Of a DNA stretch of 64,000 nt, positions 29,965 to 39,023 are shown piece by piece. Position 1 is the first letter of the stretch, and every line of letters begins with the position of its first letter. Below the pieces are notes generated by a model. The model saw nothing but the letters and a program-made list of their open reading frames with translations, was not told where the DNA came from and did not search any database. Source of the stretch: Candidatus Hodarchaeota archaeon (GTDB taxonomy: Archaea > Asgardarchaeota > Heimdallarchaeia > Hodarchaeales > Hodarchaeaceae); NCBI GenBank assembly GCA_029856365.1, contig JAHQWW010000009.1, positions 1 through 64,000 on the forward strand, in the 5' to 3' direction. Both the position numbers and the translations under genes were made by a program.

Positions 29965-31440
29965 ATGACTGAAATTAACCAAGAACAAAGTCCATTGATT
30001 AGTTATCGTTTATCTAAGCGAAAATTAGAAGGAAGTAAAGAAGCAAAGTTTTCTACTCTAAAAAAACAAGTCATTGATACTGGACTTTGTAGCGCATGTG
30101 GAGCGTGCATTGCTTCATGTAGTGAGCATGCATTAGAAATGATTAATGATCGTCCCCGACTGACCGGAAAATGCACTGCTTGTGGAGTTTGTGTTCATCA
30201 ATGTCCTAAAACAAAAACAACTGTCCCCCAGCTAATTGGTAACTTCATTGAGGCGTTTCGTGCCAAGAGTCTTCTTTCAGAGGTAGTGGGTCAAGACGGA
30301 GGAGTTGTTACTAGCCTTCTTATCTACCTATTACGCGAGGGAATGGTAGATGGAGCTGTAATCACCACGAAAGATGATATCGAATATTGGAAACCAAAAC
30401 CTATTATTGCCACCAAGGAAGACCAAATCTTAGCTTCTTCAGGATCTATTTATAGTCAAAGTTCAGCAGTAGGAAAGCTCCTTGAAGCTATTAATTCAGG
30501 GTTGCATTCTATCGCATTTGTAGGATGTCCTTGTAATATAGATGCAGTAACTAAAATGCAAAATTCTCCTTACGGACTTGTGAGGTTATTCATGCGTAGT
30601 TCAGTTCTTAAGATTGGTCTTTTCTGTATGGATGCTTTTTCCTACGATCGTTTACGTCATTTCGTTGAGGAAGTTGATAAAGTCCCCTTAGAAAACATTG
30701 AAAAAATGACGATTTCTAAAGGAAAATTTCATATGATCCAAGAAGGTGGGGAGACAATCAGCCATCCTGTGAAGGAAATGGATAGATTACGAGCTAGCTC
30801 CTGTCATTATTGTATCGACTTTTCTAGTGAAAATGCTGATATTAGTGTTGGGTCAGTAGGAGCGCCTGAAGGATACAACACAGTACTTGTTCGTACAGGA
30901 CTAGGACTAGAGATTCTTCAAGATGCAGCTGACAATGGGTATATCGAACTTCAACCAATTACAGCCAAACAACTCAATCCAGTCTTGAGACTTGCTAATT
31001 TAAAGAAAGTACAATTATATACAGTAAATCGACGACGATCGTATGCTTTTCAAATTCCTTCAACATCATCAATGGAACGACAACCTCTTCCATCAAGGGA
31101 AATCTTAGTAGAAAAAGGAGTTAGTGGAGTAAAAAAACGTCGTATTGTTCGTATTCAAAGTACACAAATCATTGATGAAGGTCGTAACATCCAAGTTACC
31201 CTTCAAAATCGTAGTGGTAAGGTATTAGAACGTGTACAAGTTCGGATAACTCTATTAGCAGGTGAATTATTTGAATCACATAACTGGGAAACTACAATCC
31301 GCGAATGGTTCCCATCAGAGGCCTTAGACTTCGAGTTTCCACGTTTTGATGACAACAGTGAATACATCGTGAGCCTCACAGATACTGAAGGTAAAATTCT
31401 AACAAAAAAAGTAGCCGTTGCAGATCTCTTAGAAAAATAA
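29965..31440 (+). CDS. FrhB/FpoF-like F420-dependent oxidoreductase with 2[4Fe-4S] ferredoxin N-domain and extra C-terminal domain
   Basis: CSACGACIASC, CTACGVCVHQCP, GQDGGVVTSLL, VGCPC, IGLFC, CHYCIDF, ADISVGSVG, plus a ~130-aa C-terminal extension. Confidence 0.88.
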   Translation: MTEINQEQSPLISYRLSKRKLEGSKEAKFSTLKKQVIDTGLCSACGACIASCSEHALEMINDRPRLTGKCTACGVCVHQCPKTKTTVPQLIGNFIEAFRAKSLLSEVVGQDGGVVTSLLIYLLREGMVDGAVITTKDDIEYWKPKPIIATKEDQILASSGSIYSQSSAVGKLLEAINSGLHSIAFVGCPCNIDAVTKMQNSPYGLVRLFMRSSVLKIGLFCMDAFSYDRLRHFVEEVDKVPLENIEKMTISKGKFHMIQEGGETISHPVKEMDRLRASSCHYCIDFSSENADISVGSVGAPEGYNTVLVRTGLGLEILQDAADNGYIELQPITAKQLNPVLRLANLKKVQLYTVNRRRSYAFQIPSTSSMERQPLPSREILVEKGVSGVKKRRIVRIQSTQIIDEGRNIQVTLQNRSGKVLERVQVRITLLAGELFESHNWETTIREWFPSEALDFEFPRFDDNSEYIVSLTDTEGKILTKKVAVADLLEK

Positions 31441-31471
31441 AGGGAAACCAGAGCTTATAGGGAATCCGAAA

Positions 31472-32374
31472 TTATTCTTCTCTGCTAGCTTCGATAATCA
31501 ATTCAGCAAAAACCTTCATATCTTTTAATAAGGTGTCTATATCCTCTGGAGGATCAATAGCTGCACCCTCATCTACCATTATGAGCACAGCAAGAACAAA
31601 ACTAAAAATATGTAACTGTAATTTCTTCTTATTGGAAACAGCAGAAAAAGAAGCTGAGTCATCACTTAAGAAATTCTCCCGAAGAACATTGCACGAGAGG
31701 ATATAGTCCCGTAAATCCTCACGGAGTTGAATTCCAGTCGAGAAACCCTTGATACTATGTGTTATAACGTTGCCATTTACATCGCTTACAATAATCTTTG
31801 AATTCAGCTTCATAAGATGCTTTTGTGCGTGTGCTACGCTTTCTTTCAAATCTTCAAAGTCTGAGATCAAGATTTGTCGAAATACTTCGCTTAATTCTTC
31901 TTGCCGATAAATAGAAGTAATAAAAGATTCAGGATCAATTTCACGGATGAATGGTAACTCTCTGGCTTTAGCTAGATTCTCTTCAAGCTGGGATTTGGGA
32001 TATTCCTCAGTATCATATTTATGATAAAAAATTATTGCACGGGGATCTCCACCACTATTTTTGATTGCAGAATAAACCTCAGAAAAATAACTATTTGCTT
32101 TTAAAAAATCCTCAGGATGATGGAGATCTAGGACAAGAATCAAAACCGTGGTATTCGCGAGAAGTTTGGGGGTTTCGAGATAGGATTGTCGATATTTTTC
32201 TTGTCCTCCAAAGTCCCACAAGGATACCTGAAGACCCAGGTAATTATGGGACTTTACTTCATACATGATCGTTGGATCAAGCATGCTGGTCTCCATAGGA
32301 GACATCCCACCTAATGTGGTTGAATAGATTGACGTTTTACCACAACCACTAAGTCCAACAAGCGAAATCTTCAT
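31472..32374 (-). CDS. Rag/Gtr1-like small GTPase with C-terminal roadblock/longin-like domain
   Basis: GLSGCGKTS, PT, WDFGGQ, HKYD, TSIY (the HKxD and TSI variants are Rag-type). Confidence 0.85.
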   Translation of the reverse strand: MKISLVGLSGCGKTSIYSTTLGGMSPMETSMLDPTIMYEVKSHNYLGLQVSLWDFGGQEKYRQSYLETPKLLANTTVLILVLDLHHPEDFLKANSYFSEVYSAIKNSGGDPRAIIFYHKYDTEEYPKSQLEENLAKARELPFIREIDPESFITSIYRQEELSEVFRQILISDFEDLKESVAHAQKHLMKLNSKIIVSDVNGNVITHSIKGFSTGIQLREDLRDYILSCNVLRENFLSDDSASFSAVSNKKKLQLHIFSFVLAVLIMVDEGAAIDPPEDIDTLLKDMKVFAELIIEASREE

Positions 32375-32747
32375 ACTTAGCTCCTCAATTTAAATATTAA
32401 AATCCTCTCTGTTCCGTTATAAGTAATTTGAGTTATAATCCTGTTCGTTCTCCCTAAGGCACAAAGAATTTTAAATTTTCCTTATTTTCTTAAAAATTAA
32501 CTGCATTATGGCTAAGAATCTTCTTCTTTCTTAATGCTTCATAACATTGAGTAGGAAGGTTGGATTATAAAGTACGATTCAGGTGAAAGAAGAATGGTAA
32601 AGCGATAATTACATCAAATACATTTAGGAAGACAGAATAAGAATAACGCTAGAGGAGGAGAAATTAGAGAAAAATAATCATTATTTTTTTAAAATAGACT
32701 CATAATTTAAGATTCATAAAAAGCAAAAAGATACATAGGTTCAAAGC

Positions 32748-33023
32748 ATGATGACTTTGACACAGAAGTTTCAAATATATCCATCGAAAATACAAGAAAA
32801 ATTATTGCGGGAATTCTCAGAGTCGTTACGATTACTTTACAACCATGCCCTCTATGAACGAATATTCTTCTATGAGAATTATAACTCTTCTATCACTCAC
32901 TTTGGCTAACAAAACGGTTTACCCCGCACAATCCAAGGTAAAATGAAAATTTTCTTCTATTCTCTTGAACAAAGGTTCAATGGATTCGTAGGAAGCCGCT
33001 GAATTCATTAAGGGGCAGTTCAC
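32748..33023 (+). mobile_element. Internally deleted tnpB remnant retaining the right end
   Basis: MMTLTQKFQIYP..LRLLYNHALYER (stop at 32907) is joined directly to the tnpB tail (TIQGKMK..FNGFVGS) and the end GAAGCCGCTGAATTCATTAAGGGGCAGTTCAC; homologous to the 3819-5340 element. Confidence 0.85.
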
Positions 33024-33152
33024 CTGCAACGTGAAGTATAGTGCAAACTTAATAAAACAAGTAAGAAGAGGGTAATATTAATTTCATAAAAGCATATTGT
33101 TGAGTTTAAAGGCTAATCTGAAAATATCCTCTTTCAAAAGGAAAATAAAGCC

Positions 33153-34634
33153 GTGTCACATCGTTTAATATCGAAATATACTAAAGAAACCTTGCATTTC
33201 ATTGGCCAACCCATCTCATTTTTGTTAAAGAAACAAAGTATGATTCTTTTTCTTGCAGTAGCCATAACGGAATGTGCATTTTCTTCTTCAGCGTTTGGTT
33301 TACCCCTATATCTTCAGGAATTGGGTAAAAAAAGTGAAACGAGTACATTGGGTATAGAACTCGCAATAATTACAGCCACATACTATATCGTTTCATTATC
33401 GACTGCGTCTTTATTCGGGTCTTTCAGTGATCGTTTTGGACGACGACCATTTTTAATCATTGGAACAGCACTAGCAGGTATTTCCTTAGTCATTTTTCCA
33501 GTTATGTACCCTTATTACGCTACTATTCCGCTTAGTTTTCTGATTCTAGTCCTCTCCAATGGGATGAAAGGATTAGCTGCTGCTATGATTTCTGGACCAG
33601 TATTAGCAGTATTTGCTGATTTATCACCTGAAGAAAATCATGGCGAGACAATGGGGAAATTCTATTTAGCAAAAGCTGCTGGGGGAGCTATTGGAAATCC
33701 ATTTGGTTTAGTAGCGTGGACAATCTTTGAACATAACTCCTTCTTCTTCTTTGCGATTATAATGTTTCTGGCTACTTCAATTTATCTGTTTAGGTTCTTC
33801 GAACCTCGTAGAGATCTAGCTTTGGATGATGAAGCTGAAATAATGCTAACAGACTTCACTCAAACTATAAAAGATTCAGATCTTGATATGAATCCCTTTA
33901 AAACTATGCTAGAAAGTCTTCAAGACAAACAGTTTCGAAAATTCGCCATTGCGTGGTTAGCTTATACAACACTTATAGGGGCAAGCGGTTTTGTGGCACC
34001 TATTATAATAGTAGAACTCGTTATAGAGGTAGGACCTGCTATTGCAGTCATTGGTTTTATTGCGATTTGTACAATGGGAATAATGCAGCCTATATTTGGT
34101 AGACTTTCTGATAATATAGGACGAAAACCCTTCTTGGTAATTGGAGTTGTTGGCACTAGTATGCTATTAGTAACACTTGCTTCCATCCTTGATTACAGAT
34201 CCACGAATGGGACACAAGAATGGGAACTTACCGAATTATCTGATTTGATAAAAAATCCATTCTCATTAACAGATACAATCTCCATGAACCTTATCCCTGA
34301 AAATCCGCTCCTAATCCCTCATTTATCTATTGTCATAATGATTGCAGTTTTCGGTCTCACAGCCTCTTGTTTTGCTTCAGCTGCTTTGGGCCTAATTAGT
34401 GATGTAACCAAGTCAGAGCATCGGGGCCGTGAGATGGGCTTTACTCAATCGCTTATGGCTACAGGAAACATCATGGGGGCCATTGTTGGAGGATACTTTG
34501 TTGGTCTTGGGCCTGGAGGAATTATTGGTCTATTTAGTTTTTGTTTTGGGCTCAGTTTGATTGCTATAGTCATCATCGTTCTATTTCTATACGAAACAAG
34601 TGGTTTTTACCATTTTACTCATAAATTGGTCTAG
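33153..34634 (+). CDS. MFS transporter
   Basis: GSFSDRFGRRP and GRLSDNIGRKP motif A repeats; ~12 TM helices. Confidence 0.92.
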   Translation: MSHRLISKYTKETLHFIGQPISFLLKKQSMILFLAVAITECAFSSSAFGLPLYLQELGKKSETSTLGIELAIITATYYIVSLSTASLFGSFSDRFGRRPFLIIGTALAGISLVIFPVMYPYYATIPLSFLILVLSNGMKGLAAAMISGPVLAVFADLSPEENHGETMGKFYLAKAAGGAIGNPFGLVAWTIFEHNSFFFFAIIMFLATSIYLFRFFEPRRDLALDDEAEIMLTDFTQTIKDSDLDMNPFKTMLESLQDKQFRKFAIAWLAYTTLIGASGFVAPIIIVELVIEVGPAIAVIGFIAICTMGIMQPIFGRLSDNIGRKPFLVIGVVGTSMLLVTLASILDYRSTNGTQEWELTELSDLIKNPFSLTDTISMNLIPENPLLIPHLSIVIMIAVFGLTASCFASAALGLISDVTKSEHRGREMGFTQSLMATGNIMGAIVGGYFVGLGPGGIIGLFSFCFGLSLIAIVIIVLFLYETSGFYHFTHKLV

Positions 34635-34671
34635 TACCTCTAGAATAATTATAGAAGTACTAGACTCTCTC

Positions 34672-35019
34672 TTAGTAGAAGTCTTTAAGTTTTAGATTTT
34701 TCCTCATTTTTTTATCAAGCATTCCACGGTATTTTAAGGGATCATCATCGATATACTTACTATCTCGTTTTTGTTTACGCCTAGGTTTTTGTTTTTTTAC
34801 CTTTTGAGAACAGACACCTGTTGAGACATCCAGAGCTGAAGGACGAAAAAAGCAAACGGCATATTTGCATTTATAGCCAATGCATTCGTCACCTTCAACC
34901 ATTTGGCAGAGAATTTTCTTCTCACCGCGCTTATGTGTGATCGATAGGAATCGTTCACTGCATTTGAAAAATTTACATGTAGTTTCACACAATAAATTAC
35001 GAGGTTGGCCTTGTTGCAA
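34672..35019 (-). CDS. Cys-rich (8 Cys) small protein with basic tail
   Basis: CETTCKFFKC..LC..ECIGYKCKYAVC..GVC. Confidence 0.7.
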   Translation of the reverse strand: MQQGQPRNLLCETTCKFFKCSERFLSITHKRGEKKILCQMVEGDECIGYKCKYAVCFFRPSALDVSTGVCSQKVKKQKPRRKQKRDSKYIDDDPLKYRGMLDKKMRKNLKLKDFY

Positions 35020-35215
35020 GAATTGAACGCTCCGACACTAAAACAAAAGAGAAAAAAGCCTTTTTTTGGCGAACTATCATTTTTTTTTTAATAGTAATTT
35101 ATACACTTCTTATCAAGGACGATAATATAAAAAGATTTATTTGATGAATCTTAAATCTTTACACTTGAAATTTGATAGGTATTTCTATATGTAAGTTTTC
35201 GAGAGGTCCACTCAA

Positions 35216-36220
35216 TTGAGCCACTACTTAAAACAATTAAAGACTCAGAGTTCACGAAAAATAATCCTTTTAGGTCTTTCACAGGCAGGAAAAACATCTA
35301 TCCGTGATGTAGTCTTCGAAGGGAAAGCACCTGAAGAGACCCAAAATTATGCTGCAACTTTAAACTATGAGCGGCAGATTGAGCAAGTTGCAGATGAACC
35401 AATCACTGTTATGGATTTAGGAGGACAGGAAGTCTTTTTGAAGCGTTTTTTAAGTAGTATGAGTTCATTTATCTTCAGTAACGTTGCTGTGTTAGTCTTT
35501 ATTTGTGACATTGCTACTCCAGAAAAATTCCCAGCCTCGCTAAAAGCGTTTGTTGAGGGTGTTAGTCGGCTAGAAGAGATGTCAGATGTACAACCCGCTA
35601 TCTATGTTTTGTTACACAAGACAGATCTTATGCCCGACCTTACACAAAGAGCTGAAAGGATGGAATTCTTGATGGAAATGTTTCAAGATGTGGCAGCAAC
35701 AAAAAGTATAACATTTTTACAAACATCCATATATGACAATTCGATTCATGAGGCGTTTAAGCGAATAACTGCTGAGGCAAGTGAAGTCATTCCTGAAGCA
35801 GATACTATGGAAAAAGAAGAAGATTTAGAAGCTATTAAACAAAGACTTAGACTTCGACCTATCCAACAAGTTCTTCACACCCTTAAATTTATGAATCGTC
35901 TGGATGAAGTCATTCTAATATCGTTAGATGACCCCAACTTTAAAATCAATGCATCAGAATTAGAGGACAGCGAGATCAAGCATATTTTGACTCTCCTAGA
36001 TAAATCAAATGACCTGAGATTAGTTACTGGTTCAAAATCCAAATTAGAACGGTTGGGATCAGTAATGATGTACAAATCCAACATTCAACCCAATCATTTA
36101 TTGATTCTGCTCTCTAGAGACGATAAATCAATGCTAGAAACTAGAAATCTTCAGGAAATTGAAGAAACTGTTAATCTCCTATCTAATCAACTCGAATCAA
36201 TGCTTAAAACACCAATTTAG
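35216..36220 (+). CDS. Rag/Gtr1-like small GTPase with C-terminal roadblock-like domain
   Basis: GLSQAGKTS, AT, DLGGQ, HKTD, TSIYD. Confidence 0.88.
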   Translation: MSHYLKQLKTQSSRKIILLGLSQAGKTSIRDVVFEGKAPEETQNYAATLNYERQIEQVADEPITVMDLGGQEVFLKRFLSSMSSFIFSNVAVLVFICDIATPEKFPASLKAFVEGVSRLEEMSDVQPAIYVLLHKTDLMPDLTQRAERMEFLMEMFQDVAATKSITFLQTSIYDNSIHEAFKRITAEASEVIPEADTMEKEEDLEAIKQRLRLRPIQQVLHTLKFMNRLDEVILISLDDPNFKINASELEDSEIKHILTLLDKSNDLRLVTGSKSKLERLGSVMMYKSNIQPNHLLILLSRDDKSMLETRNLQEIEETVNLLSNQLESMLKTPI

Positions 36221-36230
36221 AGGAGTAAAT

Positions 36231-37157
36231 TTGCGCCAAAACCTTATCGCGTTGTCAGGATTATCCCACTCTGGAAAGGATCTTTTATTTAACCAACTAT
36301 TGAAGCTGGGGAGGTCTGAACCTGATCTTAAAATCTTGCAGAATGTAATCTTTTATGATTGGTTAAATACCTCTTTTAAGAAAGAAGACACCTATCTAGA
36401 AAATCTCCTTCCACCTGTTCGTGAAAAGATTTTAATGAAAATTAATACTCTAATCTACATCCATGACATCTCATACCAACTACTAGATGAAATAACAACT
36501 GACTTTCAGAGAATAACCTCCAATATTAGCACTGTGAACAAGAACTATCAAGTGATTCTTCTGTTGAACCGAGGACATTTAATTCCTAATGAAGTAGAGC
36601 GTAATAAAGTAAAGAATGTAGTTATTCAGCGCTTACAACAATTTTTTCCACATGAAATTCCCTCTTACATTGTTTCGCTCAAGGGAGCGGATGAACAAAG
36701 GTTAACCAACCATATTTTTACACAAATTATCAAAAAAGCCACTGATTTCAGGAAACAACATTTTTTAGAAGAACAGTTAAAAATAGATCAAGAAAAACGA
36801 CATCGACTTGAAAAATACTTAACCGAGAAAATGAACAATTATGGTTTTGCTGGAGCCTTTTTATTGTCTCGGAACCATGCCATTCTTCTAGCGAAAGGGA
36901 AGAGTGTACATTGGCAAGAGAAGGTTGGACCCCAAGTTATTCGTATGTTAGATCAATATGAGGCATTTGATGTTACTCCGAAAGCAAAAACCAATATTCT
37001 TCGAATTGAAGATTTTTTAATGATAACTCAAGCTATCACTAAAAGTATAAAATTAATATTAATTGGAATAGAACCAACGTTTAATGTTGAATCTTACAGT
37101 ACAATAGAACAAAAATGCCTCGAGATATCAAAAGAGCTTATTTCAAAGCTGAATTAA
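36231..37157 (+). CDS. Degenerate (pseudo) small GTPase with roadblock-like C-domain
   Basis: GLSHSGKD P-loop, no DxxG (YDWL), NRGH in place of (N/H)KxD. TTG start at 36231 after AGGAG (track: 36159). Confidence 0.7.
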   Translation: MRQNLIALSGLSHSGKDLLFNQLLKLGRSEPDLKILQNVIFYDWLNTSFKKEDTYLENLLPPVREKILMKINTLIYIHDISYQLLDEITTDFQRITSNISTVNKNYQVILLLNRGHLIPNEVERNKVKNVVIQRLQQFFPHEIPSYIVSLKGADEQRLTNHIFTQIIKKATDFRKQHFLEEQLKIDQEKRHRLEKYLTEKMNNYGFAGAFLLSRNHAILLAKGKSVHWQEKVGPQVIRMLDQYEAFDVTPKAKTNILRIEDFLMITQAITKSIKLILIGIEPTFNVESYSTIEQKCLEISKELISKLN

Positions 37158-37177
37158 AATATAAAACCTGTAAAGAG

Positions 37178-37981
37178 ATGAATAAAATGATTTCTGGACT
37201 TATTGTGACGGCTATGACCGATATGGGGCCTTATCCAGTATTGAATTTATCCCCAATTTCAGAGGATACAACGGTTAAACTGAGTGTCATTGGTATGACT
37301 ATCCTCTCTATGGGAGCAGGAACAGTAGCCGAAAAACAACATTATCGTTTACATGGTTCTATCCCTATTCCCGATTCCCCCACTTTAGAAGCCTTAGCCA
37401 TGTCTTTCACGGTTACTCCAACAGAGACAAAGGATGTACGCATTGACCAACATGGCCGTGAATCAACCATTTGGATACTATTTGAGTCTAAAAATCGTAA
37501 TCATATTTTTCTTCAACATAGTTCCATCGAGAAAGCATTAAAAGAGGAAATTAGAACTATCCACATCGAAGATAACCTCTCCGATCCTACTATAATGAAC
37601 CGAATTCTTGATCGTATTACAGATATTCTAACTACAGCAGAAGTTCCTGTTCCTCCAGAAACTCCCTATTATATTCCTGAAAGAGGAGGATTGGAATTTT
37701 ATACTATCAGTACAGATGGTGACTTAATCAAACTGGAAGCTAGTGATGACCTCACTGCTCATTCTGTGTTGATGTTAATCAATGCTGTCGTCAAACGAAT
37801 ATTTCTAATAAAGCTAGATGATTCTACTCCCCAACGACTTATGTTTTTAGCTGGCCGATCTGCATCAAATTTAAATACAAACCGCTTTAAAAATGAATTT
37901 ACGATTCGTGATGTATCAGATCCAATCGAACGTGAAATGATTCTTGAAAAAATTGGGATCATTCAGAAAATTGGAGTTTAA
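37178..37981 (+). CDS. Longin-like domain + gelsolin-like domain protein
   Basis: N-terminal GLIVTAMTDMGPYP..HGSIPIP..DVRIDQHGR (longin-like). C-terminal FYTI..GDL..L....VLMLI..KRIFL..MFLAGRSASNL..IRDV (gelsolin-like). Start 37178/37187. Confidence 0.6.
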   Translation: MNKMISGLIVTAMTDMGPYPVLNLSPISEDTTVKLSVIGMTILSMGAGTVAEKQHYRLHGSIPIPDSPTLEALAMSFTVTPTETKDVRIDQHGRESTIWILFESKNRNHIFLQHSSIEKALKEEIRTIHIEDNLSDPTIMNRILDRITDILTTAEVPVPPETPYYIPERGGLEFYTISTDGDLIKLEASDDLTAHSVLMLINAVVKRIFLIKLDDSTPQRLMFLAGRSASNLNTNRFKNEFTIRDVSDPIEREMILEKIGIIQKIGV

Positions 37982-37997
37982 ATGAGGTCTAGAAAAA

Positions 37998-38927
37998 ATG
38001 TCTTATCTTGCGAGGAAGAAAACAAGTAAAATTCTGATCTTAGGATTAGCGAGGTCAGGAAAGTCAACTATCATAAGAGTGGTAACTGAGGGAATAATTC
38101 CCTCAAAAGATGATAATTATCATGCTACCATTGATTATGAACGAAAACAAAAGGTCATTGCTGGTACAGAACTCACTCTCTTTGATTTAGGAGGCCAAAC
38201 AGCATTCCTAGATAGGTTTACTGGAGAATTATCTGAATTTATTTTCAGTGGAGTCAGAACTTTAGTGTTTGTGGTCGATTCGATCGAAATAAAGGATATT
38301 TCACGAGCAAAATATTACTTAGATTTATCATTAAAAAAATTGGGTCAATTTAGTCCCGAAGCCTCTGTCTTCATCTTTCAACATAAATCAGACCTAATTC
38401 CTAAAAAACTTCAGGATGAAGTCAGAAAAACGATCAGGGAATATCTCTCAACAGGTGTTTCTCAACAACTTAAATTTTATTCAACTTCTGTTTTCTCTGA
38501 TTCTGTCTTTAAAGCAATGGGAGACGTATATGCTGAAGCCAGTGGTGCGCGTAAAACTCTAAGACCCCTTCTGGAAACCTTCATTCGCCATAATGCGGCT
38601 GACATGGCACAGATATTCACAAAGGAAGGTGCTCCTCTAACACAAGTGAAAGATATTTCGACATTTGACCATATATCATTACCAGAGGTTAAAAACTTCT
38701 TTGATGCGGTAGTAGAGCGCTTAGCAAATTCTGAAAACCAGAAATCAATATCTGTTCTTGTAGAATCAGATTATCGTGTATTTATTATTAGATTTATGGA
38801 AAGTGGCTTAGCTTTATTCTTTGGATTTCCTAAAGAAAGCCTTAGGGAGAAAAATGAACAAATCCCTTCTCTTTATAACAAGGTACTCGCATTTAGTTCT
38901 CAATTGAAGAGTATGATAGAACAGTAA
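37998..38927 (+). CDS. Rag/Gtr1-like small GTPase with C-terminal roadblock-like domain
   Basis: GLARSGKST, AT, DLGGQ, HKSD, TSVF. Confidence 0.88.
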   Translation: MSYLARKKTSKILILGLARSGKSTIIRVVTEGIIPSKDDNYHATIDYERKQKVIAGTELTLFDLGGQTAFLDRFTGELSEFIFSGVRTLVFVVDSIEIKDISRAKYYLDLSLKKLGQFSPEASVFIFQHKSDLIPKKLQDEVRKTIREYLSTGVSQQLKFYSTSVFSDSVFKAMGDVYAEASGARKTLRPLLETFIRHNAADMAQIFTKEGAPLTQVKDISTFDHISLPEVKNFFDAVVERLANSENQKSISVLVESDYRVFIIRFMESGLALFFGFPKESLREKNEQIPSLYNKVLAFSSQLKSMIEQ

Positions 38928-39023
38928 TCAAAAATCACCCACCTTGGTCTCCAAAAGATTTGCGGTACAATGTATCTATAAATATCTTAAAATCTAGATA
39001 ACCCAATTGCCTCAGAAGGTACA

